A stretch of 64,000 bases of DNA, taken from Mytilus trossulus. Lineage: Eukaryota. The stretch covers positions 40,858,001 through 40,922,000 of the forward strand of contig NC_086373.1 in the NCBI RefSeq assembly GCF_036588685.1. Reading direction: 5' to 3'. The position numbers were made by a program, and so were the translations under genes. The notes beneath the pieces were generated by a model. The model saw only the letters and a list, made by a program, of their open reading frames with translations. It made no database searches and was not told the origin of the DNA. Of this stretch, positions 1 through 13,671 are shown piece by piece (the stretch's first letter is position 1; every line of letters starts with the position of its first letter).

Positions 1-2827
1 TGTAAAGTAAGTTAAGATTTTGATAATCCTTTAATTGCTTTTATGTAACTAAATAAAATATATATTAATCATATAAATCTATAACATAAAAAGAGAATAG
101 TTGACCAATAAAAAGTAACTTTATAAAATTCAAAATTGACGCTTAAATTTCATAGGTGAATAAAATAATTCCAATCAGCACGTGATGTTGGGGTTAAAAA
201 GGGAAGACCGCAACTTCCCAACATCACATATCACACTTAAATGTAGATAGCTGTTTGGAATAAATAATTGAAACATCATTGTATTTTATTCACCAGGTAT
301 GTAAATTATTAAAGTATAAACTATTTCAAATTGTATTTTAAAAGTAAGAATTTAGCTTCTGATTTAATAACTTAGTTTTGTATTTAAAACTTAACTTAAA
401 TTTATAAAAGATTTTCATTAACAGAAATAAGTTAAAACAAAGTTTACTATTTAGATCACAGATCACAGATCACATATCACACTTAAATGTAGATAGCTGT
501 TTGGAATAAATAATTGAAACATCATTGTATTTTATTCACCAGCGCCAGGCCTCGAAAGCACAAGTGTCCGAGATGAGAGACACGCCAGAAGAAGGTATAA
601 CCTAGACCTGAAATGAGTGAGCTAGTCTATTCCCCTGATTTTCACGAGAGAAGCTAGAATCCCCGTATAGATAAAAGAGAGACACAGTAGTCCCCAGTGA
701 AAGATGACAGTCCACCGACATTTATATATAATGATGGAAAATTGTATGTTGGAAAAGGAAAATAAAATAAAGTAAACTTAGACAAATAAACTAATAAATA
801 AATAAAATTGAATTAAATCGTATTGCTAAAGCTCCAAGGCAAAGTATGTGACTGAAGATTAAGTCATAAATAGTTTCGTCTTTTTTTAATAATATAGTTA
901 ATCTCATTTCTAGAGTTCTTTTGATCAAAGCTATTAATCTGACGTTGAGAAATAAATTAAATAAACTGTCATCTTTTAAAAGAATAAAAATGTTTGTAAT
1001 TTGCCGTAGGAAAATAACCCTTAAAGTGTTTCTATTGTCCACTTAATAATTCTGTAAAGTAAGTAAAGATTTTGATAATCCTTTAATTGCTTTTATGTAA
1101 CTAAATAAAATATATATTAATCATATAAATCTATAACATAAAAAGAGAATAGTTGACCAATAAAAAGTAACTTTATAAAATTCAAAATTGACGCTTAAAT
1201 TTCATAGGTGAATAAAATAATTCCAATCAGCACGTGATGTTGGGGTTAAAAAGGGAAGACCGCAACTTCCCAACATCACATATCACACTTAAATGTAGAT
1301 AGCTGTTTGGAATAAATAATTGAAACATCATTGTATTTTATTCACCAGGTATGTAAATTATTAAAGTATAAACTATTTCAAATTGTATTTTAAAAGTAAG
1401 AATTTAGCTTCTGATTTAATAACTTAGTTTTGTATTTAAAACTTAACTTAAATTTATAAAAGATTTTCATTAACAGAAATAAGTTAAAACAAAGTTTACT
1501 ATTTAGATCACAGATCACAGATCACATATCACACTTAAATGTAGATAGCTGTTTGGAATAAATAATTGAAACATCATTGTATTTTATTCACCAGCGCCAG
1601 GCCTCGAAAGCACAAGTGTCCGAGATGAGAGACACGCCAGAAGAAGGTATAACCTAGACCTGAAATGAGTGAGCTAGTCTATTCCCCTGATTTTCACGAG
1701 AGAAGCTAGAATCCCCGTATAGATAAAAGAGAGACACAGTAGTCCCCAGTGAAAGATGACAGTCCACCGACATTTATATATAATGATGGAAAATTGTATG
1801 TTGGAAAAGGAAAATAAAATAAAGTAAACTTAGACAAATAAACTAATAAATAAATAAAATTGAATTAAATCGTATTGCTAAAGCTCCAAGGCAAAGTATG
1901 TGACTGAAGATTAAGTCATAAATAGTTTCGTCTTTTTTTAATAATATAGTTAATCTCATTTCTAGAGTTCTTTTGATCAAAGCTATTAATCTGACGTTGA
2001 GAAATAAATTAAATAAACTGTCATCTTTTAAAAGAATAAAAATGTTTGTAATTTGCCGTAGGAAAATAACCCTTAAAGTGTTTCTATTGTCCACTTAATA
2101 ATTCTGTAAAGTAAGTAAAGATTTTGATAATCCTTTAATTGCTTTTATGTAACTAAATAAAATATATATTAATCATATAAATCTATAACATAAAAAGAGA
2201 ATAGTTGACCAATAAAAAGTAACTTTATAAAATTCAAAATTGACGCTTAAATTTCATAGGTGAATAAAATAATTCCAATCAGCACGTGATGTTGGGGTTA
2301 AAAAGGGAAGACCGCAACTTCCCAACATCACATATCACACTTAAATGTAGATAGCTGTTTGGAATAAATAATTGAAACATCATTGTATTTTATTCACCAG
2401 GTATGTAAATTATTAAAGTATAAACTATTTCAAATTGTATTTTAAAAGTAAGAATTTAGCTTCTGATTTAATAACTTAGTTTTGTATTTAAAACTTAACT
2501 TAAATTTATAAAAGATTTTCATTAACAGAAATAAGTTAAAACAAAGTTTACTATTTAGATCACAGATCACAGATCACATATCACACTTAAATGTAGATAG
2601 CTGTTTGGAATAAATAATTGAAACATCATTGTATTTTATTCACCAGCGCCAGGCCTCGAAAGCACAAGTGTCCGAGATGAGAGACACGCCAGAAGAAGGT
2701 ATAACCTAGACCTGAAATGAGTGAGCTAGTCTATTCCCCTGATTTTCACGAGAGAAGCTAGAATCCCCGTATAGATAAAAGAGAGACACAGTAGTCCCCA
2801 GTGAAAGATGTCAGTCCGCCGACATTC
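1..2827. repeat. Tandem array, 1052-bp unit, ~2.7 near-identical copies (continues off the left edge)
   Basis: Units start at 1, 1053 and 2105. The identical 83-aa ORF recurs at 791 and 1843 (offset 1052). Identity stops after ...CCGACATT near 2827. Confidence 0.97.
155..294. repeat. Small foldback/MITE-like element inside each 1052-bp unit
   Basis: Nested inverted repeats GGTGAATAAAATA/TATTTTATTCACC and GTGATGTTGGG/CCCAACATCAC. The right ~74 nt are duplicated again at ~470-542. Confidence 0.7.
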
Positions 2828-2917
2828 TAAAGTTACTAACGTTTTGGAGGAAAAGGGGAGACAATCTAACAGTGCAGCGTTTCTTCCCCCTTTTCCTGCA
2901 TTACATGTATACATTTT

Positions 2918-5900
2918 GGAAATTTATTAGCTAACCTTTGCTACATTTTGTACTTCTCGTTTTGGAGGCCAGTGCCTTAGGAATGACTTGAAAATAATAG
3001 TTCCAATCTTTCTAAAATATAGTGAAAACAATTATTCTGAATTTCATCGATTTAAACTAATTTGTCATTAGAATTAAAAGGTAACAAGTCGTTTAGTTTA
3101 GGTTTGTTAAAGATTAAATGAGCAAAATCCTGCCGGAAGTTATATCTATAATTCTAGTGCGTTTGATGACATTTGTTGTATTCTCTGAATTATATGCCCG
3201 TATCCATGAAGTCAAACCTGCATGTCTTGATTTGGACACTTAAATTCGTGGATAGATCCATCTAGGAAAACCACGAAAATTTTTACTGAACAACTAAAAG
3301 TACTTTCATAGTGTTGGAAATGATTCGTATGATGATATCAACCATATTTACATCCCAACTCCTTTGTTCTAACAGGAGTGATCTGAGTCGGACCACCCCT
3401 ACCAGATTACCCTAGATTCTTTGTTCTACATGGTTTTCTTCTGTTCTGTAACATTTGGCGGGAATTTCGAACACACAATAAAACTTAAAATTATTGATGC
3501 GGAATAACTTTCAAAATTTATGTAGAAAAATATCCACTAAACCAGTAACTATGCGGGGAATCAACATCAAGACCTGAAGCATGTGAAGCCACGATTCATA
3601 CCCCTTCACCAGGACGACTGGATACAAAGTCACTGGTAATTTAACACACGAGGCTCGTAAAGGGCATATACTATATAGTAATATATAAAGTATATTATAA
3701 TTATTGTATGGCATTCTGAACTAGATGTTATTAAGCGTAAACTTTTTCATACAGTTATTCTAGAAAGAGCTGGGATGTAAAATTGTTATCCCACTCGGAC
3801 TGGATGTGGCAGTGTAACTGAAAACAGAAAATAAATGTGAAGAAAAAACGCGATCCCTAAAGATAATTATCAATAATGGTTGTCCTCAAATATAACTCTT
3901 AACTTAGATCACTTATCGATAAAGTTGTATCAAAAATATCTAGTACATGACCACGTCAGAAATCCATAAATTAACGGATTTGAACGGACAGTTCAATAAA
4001 AGTGTGAAATTTTCTAACTAGTATGAAAAACTACAAAAAGCATTTTCAAAGCGGTTTGAGGGAAAATATATTGCAAATGTTACCGGGGACAGCTCAAATT
4101 AAAGTCTGTCCAATACGAATACCAATACTTTATTAAATTAATTATCGGTCCTTAAAAGGCATGTTACATATAATGATTACAAATAGATTTAAATAATAAA
4201 AAACAATAATGACAATGCTCATGATAATATGGATTTAACGATAGCAGTTCTTAAAGTTTTCTTATTGTAAAACATTTATAACAAATTAAAGCCACAATGT
4301 TGCATATTTCGTCATGTTCACAAGACAGAAGCCAAATAAACCTGTTTTCTGTATTAAGATTTTTTAAATTATAGCATATATTTTTAAAGAAGCATGTAAC
4401 ATTACTTGTCGCTGTTGCTCGAATGCTGGACATTTCATCAGAAAATGAATTTCATTCTCAATTGAATTCAAGAACAAAATTTACAATTCTTTTCTAAAGT
4501 TCATTTGGATAAGTTATCAAATAAACAATAACACTTGTATTGAAGCGATTAAGAAATTAAGAAAAGGAAACAATTTTTACCTTCTATCTGTACCTTCCAT
4601 TCTCCTAAATTTTCCCAATTTGTGTATATTCCAATGCTTCTCACTGTAAAAGGATTTGGGTCGGTCAACTCAGCTATAACATTTCTACCAACGATAAGTC
4701 CTTTTCCCATCATTATAACTCCGTGTATAGCACTGATCCAGAATGGTCGGTATTCATCGCATTTACAAACGTCAGGAGTGTCGTAAAGGACGCTTTGCTG
4801 GCTACCCGGTGTAAGTGAATCGTCATTCCGTCTTTGAATAGCTGATTTTAAATTTGTCCAACCACCAATAATAAAATTATACATGGACTTTGAGGAGTCT
4901 TCATCGTCTGAATTCGACATAATAATTGAAACATCTTGACACGCCTTCACCTCAAATGTTATTGTCGTAATTCCGCTTAAATCAAGACCATTTTTGTTGA
5001 TATCAACAACGTAATGCAAAATATCAGCGACTTGCAAAAAACTCTTGTGTCCATTGTTTGGTGTTGTAAATGTATTTTCAATTACCAGTCCTATAAAATA
5101 ATATATATTAACCAATCCAGTTCACTCAGAGTAAGACAGGAAAATATATGATAAACAAGAGGGGATAAGATACTTGTACTAAAGTGGCATTCAAAACAAA
5201 AGAAAAACAGACAGCACCATGACTAGAAGAAGAAAAAGGAATAGACACACGGTACACAAAACATTAAAACGAAAATTGGAAACAACAGGGGAAGAAGCAA
5301 AATTCCATTTACCTCCTAAATTAATTTGCTATGACATACTCTTTACAATTCAGTTTAAAAAGGGGGGGGGGGGGGCACGTTAAGCAGGTAAATTACGGAA
5401 ATGTTTATTAATAAGTCATCGTCTTGATTTTTGTTCGTAGTCCTCAACGCTGTATAAAATTTGAAACTAAGCCCCTTTGGTTTGTTGACTCAAAAAAGAA
5501 AAAGAAAGGACGAACAAGTTTACTTAATACTACGCTACAAACGTATTCATACACATTTTATATTATAGGAAGACAAAACTATACAAAACGGCGTACTACC
5601 AATCAGATAAAAATGTAATTTGTTGATATTGTAGTTCAAATTGGTGTATCTTATTAATTTACTGATTGTAAACTTTTATATAAATTGAGGGTAAGAGTTT
5701 GTCAAATATTTTTGAATGTCGTAGAATATGAAAGCTACATGTATTTATTTTATTCCCATTGGATGTATGTGTTGTGAGACATTGATATGATTATTGTTGC
5801 TTGATTATTTATGCAATTATTTTAAAATTTACGACAGAGAAATGAGACTTGCAGAATTTAGCCTGCAACCGGTCGTTTTACTATACGTATAAAAGTGTGC

Positions 5901-6503
5901 GATATACATATAACATACAATGCTGTTTACTGTTTTAATTATGAGCGAGCGGCAATATTAAAATTAGCGTGTTTAGTTTCTTCTTCGCAGTCCGCGTTCA
6001 TACAATTTATTAATAATAAAAATGATAATTATATTACTGATACTGTTATAGTAAGCTCAGTACATTTTAATTGTTTTGTTCTGTTTTAGATGAAAATTCA
6101 GATTTTGGATTTAATATCAATAAAAGCTGTAGCTTTGACTTTTATGTCGATAATCTACAAAGCTAAAAGAGTATTCGGGGATTTTCAATGGGAAATAAAT
6201 GGTTCAAACTTATAGAGATAAAGTTAAGATTTTACAGGTTGTTCTCGCATATGAAACCTCTCTAGTAGTAAAAACTTTCTCAATTTTTATTTAAAACAAC
6301 TTCCCGAATACTAGAACATTCTCAAAATCAAATCAAAATGACGTCACAAATATTCCTACTAAGTACTCAGTTGAAAAGACATATCCAATTGCATTTTAAT
6401 TGCAATGAACAACATATGTTGATGAACAATGTAATTATTATTGTTCTCAACAAAACCTTTGAATTTCATAATGAAACAAAAAAGAAAAAGAAAAACTGAT
6501 AGC
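2918..6503 (+). repeat. Segmental duplication copy 1 (direct paralog of 60033-64000)
   Basis: Colinear sequence match from GGAAATTTATTAGCTAA (2918 vs 60033) to AACTGATAGC (6503 vs 64000). Confidence 0.97.
3786..3817 (-). CDS. Candidate short terminal exon for FAMeT copy 1 (VTLPHPVRVG*)
   Basis: Strong acceptor TTTATTTTCTGTTTTCAG, phase-compatible with exon 2, would give a 198-aa protein. No homology support. Confidence 0.3.
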
Positions 6504-6934
6504 TTCAAAGTAAAGAGTGATTTGAAATCAGGCTTCTAAAATCTTTATTTTCACCTAAAATTACCTACTGTACATTTCTCCACCACAAAAGATTCCGTTT
6601 TCTCTAAGAGAACAACAATTTCATTATAAAAGAAACAACGGGAGAGTAATTTTTTTGATAAATATGCTGGCCAAAAAAACTGAGAGTGAAAAAGAAGGAA
6701 AAACTATATCACATGTACCACGTCTTTTTTTAGTTAGGAAATTTTAAATAACTTAAAAAAGAAAAGATTGAAATTTTATATGCATTTAAAACTTGTTAAG
6801 TATCATCGGAATAGCGAAAACATGTATATGTACATTTATACTTCAAGCAATCCAATGAATTATATTATGTTAGTCTTACCTAAAGTCTTCACAGCAACAA
6901 TACTTAAGAGGAATAATCTTTGACCAAAAGCCAT
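4581..6934 (-). CDS. Secreted farnesoic acid O-methyltransferase-domain (Methyltransf_FA) protein, copy 1: exon 1 6934-6880 (signal peptide), exon 2 5090-4581; terminal exon uncertain
   Basis: Exon 1 reads MAFGQRLFLLSIVAVKTL-G followed by GTAAG. Acceptor TTTTATAG, then a 510-nt phase-1/1 exon with FAMeT motifs (TFEVKACQD, FIIGGWTNLKSAI, DEYRPFWIS, GKG, DPNPF, GEW). Donor G|GTAAAA. Confidence 0.88.
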
Positions 6935-7493
6935 CTTCTACTCATTAAGCCAAATTATTGTAGGATTATGAAAGTAGTTTTTTTCTCTACTGATATAAAT
7001 ATCAACAAGATATATAAAATATTTAGCGAAAGTCGATATCGCTATCTACATGACCGTGTATAATTCCATAACGGCATTCTTATTGGAAAACTAAGTACAC
7101 GTGTGTTGTATAATGTTTCCATGAAATGATCGGAGATTGTCGGAATTGGAAATCTTTTTTTTTTTTTTTTATAAATATGACATTGTTTTAAAATAATTTA
7201 TTTGTCTTATGAATGTACCTGGACAGAATTAGTTTTTCTACAATCTAATGAAAATTAAACTCCTCACGGGTCCCACGTAGCGATCAAGCATAAAAAATTA
7301 GCGAGTGCGGATATTTTGTTTTAATTAGATTGGTTCTTTTAGTACTGGGTTTAAATAAGCCTTTTCTGCCTGTAATTTTTAAAGGGTTGCTCGTGTTATG
7401 AAAGAAATTTTCTAATTGAAGGTTGAATTTATCCCTTCCAACTGAAAAAAAAAATGACAAAATAATTTAGCAAATGAAAAGTGGTTAATTATC

Positions 7494-7733
7494 AGAGCAT
7501 TTGCATTATTCACGTATTTGCTGGCGTATTCGTATCGACGTATCGTACAACACGTATATGAGGAAAGGGTAAATTAAGTCAAGTTGGTCACGATGAAGAT
7601 AATTTATAATGCATTTAATTTTGATTTTGGTTTAATTGAGTTCAGGGCTAAATCATTATTTTATACAAATCTGCCCGATACGTATACGTCGATCTGTGCA
7701 AGTATCCAGATACGTGAATAATGCAAATGCTCT
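7494..7733. mobile_element. MITE, ~240 bp
   Basis: TIRs AGAGCATTTGCATTATTCACGTAT / ATACGTGAATAATGCAAATGCTCT. No clean TSD (ATTAT on both sides). Confidence 0.8.
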
Positions 7734-9769
7734 ATTATGAAGGAAATGTAATTGCAATTGTCCAAAACATGCATTTATTTGTCTTTCGTTTAGGGGCGTT
7801 GATATATTTTATTAACATATAGGGTAACCTTACTCGTTTATTTAAGCCACTGACTTTATGGTCAGTTATTTCGCGGGTTGTTGTGTTAAAAAAATGTTTT
7901 CTCAGATTTTAATTATTTTCATCTAAGCTAATAAATTCCATTATGAGAGCTGTTTTTATATCATCTTCCCTTTGGAACCAAATGATTTATTTTTTTATGA
8001 CGAATTACAGTTCATAACAAGATACAAGTTATCTGATGTTCAAAAACTAGAACTATCTTTAAAAAAGATATCCGACGTATTTAAATTTGAGTAAATGTTT
8101 AAAACTATCATTTCGATTTACCATTTAAATAACGTTTTCTCTGTTTGTCACGGTTCAGTATTCTCGGTCCTCGTATCTTTCTGTTTACATTCACCAAAAC
8201 CCCGCGGAAATCTCACATGCGTAGGTGCGTTCTAAAAGTCATGTACGTTCGTACAACAAAGTTTACATTGCAAATTATATAATTGTCCCGAATAAACAGC
8301 TGTCATGGATGCAAAGAGCTATTGGAGAAACAATTATTTTCATAAAATATAAATCTTTGTAAGATCTAGTTCAAGTATTAAAGTTTTTCACTTGCTTTCC
8401 ATCACGATATAATTACGAGACGTTTTTTCAAACACAACCAAATCACCCACCATGACAGCATTTTGTCCAACCACAGAAAGGATTTTCGAGCATGCGTATT
8501 CTGTTGCCATAGTTAAGCGTCCTTAAGTTCAAAGGGCACAAACCGAAACTATACCGACTACGTCGGAATAAATCAAATCAAAGCACTGACGTACTGTTAG
8601 CAAGAATGAACCCAAGATCTGATGGCTGGCAAATAAATAGTTCAGAAAAAATCTCTCTGAAAACTGCTAGAAGTAACTTCCAGTTGTTTTCTTACGTGCA
8701 AATTCAAATATTAAAATTAATTTTAGGACGATCAATATTTAAACAGTTTATCAATTTATTCATTTTTGTTGGAATAGAGGGTTGACATCGAATAGGACAA
8801 CTAAAAGAGAAAAGTGTAGTGCACTGTTAGAACGCCGGATAATAAATTCAATAAACATTCACAGTCTGATCAGCCGTGACTTTGTATAAAATTTCAAACA
8901 GACTGTCTCCCTCGAATGTGTCTTTATATTCCTATTCTAACACCTAAATATATATTAATATGAAAGGTATATTTGACTTTAAAATCGAAGGTGTAGAGCC
9001 AATTTCCTCCGGGATCTTTTACAAAATAGTTGCATTTGAAGAAAAAAAACATTACCAGATTTTAATGGGTGTTCTTAAAAATACTTACAATACTATAGAT
9101 AATTTCAAATAAATTATAATATACCTACGTTTTGAAAGCCTGACGATTGCACAAAAAAGCAAGTATGTTAGAATCCAGCACTAGTGTGTATCTATCTGTA
9201 AAATGAAAAGCGTGACATTCTCATTGAAAATAAAACCAAATTGCTGTTCGAAGTAAAGCTATGTATTGTATTTCTAATTATTTCGTTTAGGGGAGTAACG
9301 TCCTTCAAGAGTTATATAAAACATGTAAAATTTACAATTTTAAATCAAAATGCCTTTATCAGAAATATGTAGAGCCAAAAAGTATTTTTGGGATTTTTAT
9401 CACAATGCCATTATAAGTATCATATTTTTTAATTTTTCATATGTTTTATTTAATTATGTTAAAATTGTTTGAAAATGTTTCAACTATATGTTACAAATCT
9501 CTTTAATATTTACTATCCAGTAGAATTTGATAATATATTTTGACTCTTCGGGTGAAACTAAGACAGGACATAATGGTCTAACATCTTTCATTAAGCCTCT
9601 AATTTAAGTTTTAGTTCCATGATCAATATTAAATAGAATTTTGAAAGAACCATTGCTTATCTCATGTATATCATGACGAATAGATATTCTATGCACATGT
9701 AACTAGTAAGGGTTAAACGTTATCATACACAAATCTTTACAAACATTTGACAACAAACTATTAAGGAAA

Positions 9770-10310
9770 GGAGCATTCCTTTTTGCTGTTCTATACGTCT
9801 ACTTAAATCTAATATATTCCAGGGCTTGCATTTTCTATCATGATTTCCTTGATAGAGGATTGCCGCTCACAAAAAAGCTTTTTAACCAAGAGTTGCAAGT
9901 TGTGAATTTGAAATCATCTCTTCGAAAATTTAACGGACCCAATAACGAGTTGTATATTATGGAATATCTGTTTTACAGATGACGACGGATATGTTCCATT
10001 GTTTGTAACCTCTTATCCCCGAATGTAACCTACCGAATTAGACTTATCACCGAGGTTGTATTAACATGTGCAACACGATGGGTTTCACATGTGGAGCAGG
10101 ATCTGCTTACCCTTCCGGAGCACCTGAGATTACCCCCGGTTTTTTGTTTGGTTCGTGTTGCTCAGTCTTTAGTTTTCTATGTTGTGTTCTTTTATATCTT
10201 TGTTTGTCTTTAACATGTTTAAGTCTTTTTCGTTTTTTGCTTTAGCGTGGTTAGCTTATTTCTTACTTATGAGTTTGAATATCCTTTTGGTATTTTTCGC
10301 TTATTCTGTA
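9770..10310 (+). mobile_element. 5'-truncated Penelope-like retroelement relic (RT thumb C-terminus + 3' tail), family B
   Basis: Decayed translation SRAC..YHDFLDRGLPLTKKL.NQE..V.NLKSSLRKF..YGISVLQM. Tail GGAGCAGGATCTGCTTACCCTTCCGGAGCACC. Tail fragments recur at ~18845-18982, 21336-21492 and 48525-48580 (-). Confidence 0.75.
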
Positions 10311-10322
10311 ATTTGAGAAGTA

Positions 10323-13300
10323 TTTAACAATAATTCATACGCTACCAATAGTGTTATCATTTGGTAGTAATCCTGACCTCATGGAAATAAGATATCGTGA
10401 AACCCAGCGATAAGTTTTTGCAAGCGTTAGGTTTTTTCGTAAAGGTAGTCCGTAAATTATACGCCATAGTGAAAAGGTCATCCTGGCAAAAAGAGTTCTA
10501 AAGTAGGATGTACAACTGTGCCTTTTTACCACGCCTTTGGTAAAAAAATAAAAATATTTTAACGGAATTTAAACTTGAAGCTACATTCCGTCATTTTTAT
10601 CTCTTTCAAATACACAAATTTACGTCACATTCTTAGGAATAGTTTTATTTGATTACCAGATGATTTTGTGTTGGATCTAGAGAATAGAACATCTGGTATT
10701 TTGTAAATAAACTATATTAAACAAACCAAAAGGTTTAGTGATTTGGTGCTATCTTACTAGTTTAACCCTGCTACATTCTGTATGTGCCTGTCCCTATTCA
10801 GTAGTTGTCATTTGTTGCTGTGTTACATATTTGTTATTCGTTCATTATTTTGCACAGAAATTAGGCTGTTTAGTTTTTTAAATTTGTCATTTTGGGGCTT
10901 TTATAGCTGACTATGCAGTTTGGATTTTGCTCATTGTTAAAGGCCGTACGGTGACCTATAGTTGTTAATTTCTGTGTCATTTGGATTATTGTGGTGTGTT
11001 GTCTCAGTGGCAATCACACTACATCTTGTTTTTATATGTAGGTTTGAGTGGCTCGATCAAAACATGTATAGATGAGATATTTTCGGAAGGTTGATCTCAT
11101 CATGCTTAAATTGAAATACAATGTATTATATGAAAACAAACACTTTTATTTTAGTCGTCAATCATTCCCTTTTCACGTCTTAGTGTAGCATATACAAACT
11201 CGTTGAAAAAAACTTTTACCTTTCTTATTTTTATCATCGCCTGACAAAATCATATATCATATATCGCAATAAAACCGTAGATAAGAACCATAGTGAAACA
11301 TTTTTTTTATAAGTGTTCAGTTATGTGGTTAATTGCAAAACCATAAAAAAAAAGTTTGTACTATTATTGAGTGATTTAAATGGAAATTTTACATCATAGC
11401 ATTTTACAAGATCTTATCTTCGTGTACTATAAACATGGAATAATTTATGGAGTTGATGTATTGTTGTTTGCCTTACGTACAGTGGCAAATAACATGCATG
11501 TTCATGACGAGAACACATTAATTGTAAATACAATATCTAGGTCTTGCAATAGGAAGCCGACAGTGTGGTAGGACCGTGTAATTGGAATACCACTAAAAAC
11601 TGAGGGAATATTGAATAAGGACAGAAATTTAGCATTGCAACAGCTGGCCACATCCGGCCCCATCCACACCCCTTAAATAATTGGTGCAAGAGTAACTTGT
11701 TTGCAGAAAGCGTTGATACATAAAATCTATACTGAAGTCGGTCATCCATATTTGCGTGTAGTTTCTAATATAATTTAACACATCTAATTTAGGTTAGTTG
11801 CTTTTAACTCGCTTTAGTAACTGTGAAGTTTTTGTGAAACTAATTTTTGGTATGATATTATGTACTACCGCTTTCATGTGTTTTGTTCGTGTGTGTGTTC
11901 ATCTCGAGAGCGGGAGGTTGTTGGTTCAAAACCCGTCAAACAAAGACGTTTAAATTGGTGTTTGCTGTTTAACAATAATTCATACTCTACCAAAAGTGCA
12001 ATCATTTGGTAGTAATCCTGACCTCATGGAAATAAGATATCGTGAAACCCAGCGATAAGTTTTTGCAAGCAATAGGTTTTTCGTAAAAGTAGTCCGCAAA
12101 TTATACGCCATAGCGTAAAGGTGATCCTGGCAAAAAAAGTTTTAAAGTAGGATGTAAAACGGTGCCTTTTTACTACGCCTTTGGTAAAAAAAAAAAAAAA
12201 AAAAATTAACGGAATTTTAGCTTAAAGCTACATTTCGTGATTTTTATCTCTTTCAAATACACAAATTTACGTCACATTCTTAGGAATAGTTTTATTTGAT
12301 TACCAGATGATTTTGTGTTGGATCTAGAGAATAGAACATCTGGTATTTTGTAAATAAACTATATTTAACAAACCAAAAGGTTTAGTGATTTGGTGCTATC
12401 TTACTAGTTTAAACTGCTACATTCTGTATGTGCCTGTCCCTATTTAGTAGTTGTCATTTGTTGCTGTGTTACATATTTGTTTTTCGTTCATTATTTTGCA
12501 CATGAATTAGGCTGTTTATTTTTTACATTTGTCATTTTGAGGCCTTTATAGCTGACTATGCGGTATGGATTTTGCTCATTGTTGAAGGCCGTACGGTGAC
12601 CTATAGTTGTTAATTTCTGTGTCATTTGGTCTATTGTGGTGTGTTGTCTCAGTGGCAATCATACAACATCTTCTTTTTTATATGTAGGCTTGAGTGGCTC
12701 GATCAAAATATCGCCTGACAAAATCATATATCATATATCGCAATAAAACCGTAGATAAGAACCATAGTGAATTTTTTTTTTATAAGTGTTCAGTTATGTG
12801 GTTAATTGTAAAACCATAAAAAAAAGTTTGCTCTATTGTTGAGTGATTTAAATGAAAATTTTCCATCATAGCATTTTACAAGATCTTGTCTTCGTGTACT
12901 ATAAACATGGAATAATTTATGGAGTTAATTGATTGTTGTTTGCCTTACGTCAAGTGGCAAATATTTCATACATGTTCATGACTAGAACACATTAATTGTA
13001 AATACAATATATAGGTCTTGCAGTAGGAAGCCGACAGTGTGGTAGGACCGTGAAATTGGAATACCACTAGAAACTGAGGGAATATTCAATAAGGACAGAA
13101 ATTTAGCATTGCAACAGCTGGCCACATCCGGCCCCATCCACACCCCTTAAATAATTGGTGCAAGAGTAACTTGTTTGCAGAAAGCGTTGATCCATCAAAT
13201 TTATACTGAAGTCGGTCATCCATATTTACGTGTAGTTTCTAATATAATTTAACACATATAATTTAGGTTAGATGCTTTTAGCTCGCTTTAGTAACTGTGA

Positions 13301-13460
13301 AGTTTTTGTGAAACAAATTATTGTACATAAGGTTTCGGTATGATATTCTGTACTACCACCCTCCTGTATGTTTTTCGTGTGTGGGTTCACCTGGAGAGCG
13401 GGAGGTACTTGGTTCGAAACACGACTGGGTCAAATAAAGACGTTGACACTGGTATTTATT
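10323..13460. repeat. Tandem duplication, ~1.65-kb unit (10323-11968 / 11968-13460)
   Basis: TTTAACAATAATTCATAC starts both copies and they are colinear with scattered substitutions. Copy 2 lacks ~190 bp (about 11063-11255). Confidence 0.93.
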
Positions 13461-13625
13461 GTTTCAACGCTTAATTAGCGGCATTTAGGAGTTAGAGCAC
13501 AGACTTGTCGGCTCGGAGTGAGATATATTTCCGAGTAGGGTGACTAATATTCCTGAGAACTGATATCTTGTGAACTTATGTGTAAAAACACGGTTCAGCG
13601 TATCGGACTAGTACAAAGCAGTGTT
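13370..13625 (+). mobile_element. tRNA-derived SINE (Meta-SINE-like), decayed
   Basis: B-box-like GGTTCGAAAC, then GGTCAAATAAAGAC..TGGTATTT..GCATTTAGGAG..AGAGCACAGAC..GGCTCGGA..CTAGTACAAAGC, resembling the bivalve Meta-SINE core as recalled. Confidence 0.65.
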
Positions 13626-13671
13626 AATACTCATATTATATGTACATGTTATCGTCCTGAATATTCATTTA

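Noticed and set aside
791-2094. Two identical 83-aa ORFs
   Set aside because: They are by-products of the 1052-bp tandem repeat, are AT-rich, use a non-ATG start and have no domain.
4549-5115. A true juvenile-hormone-pathway methyltransferase as a single-exon ORF
   Set aside because: The ORF ends are intronic, the protein has a signal-peptide exon, and no SAM-binding motif is visible. The domain name does not establish activity.
7790-9300. Possible additional non-autonomous DNA element (GC-richer stretch)
   Set aside because: Termini and TSD could not be defined by eye.
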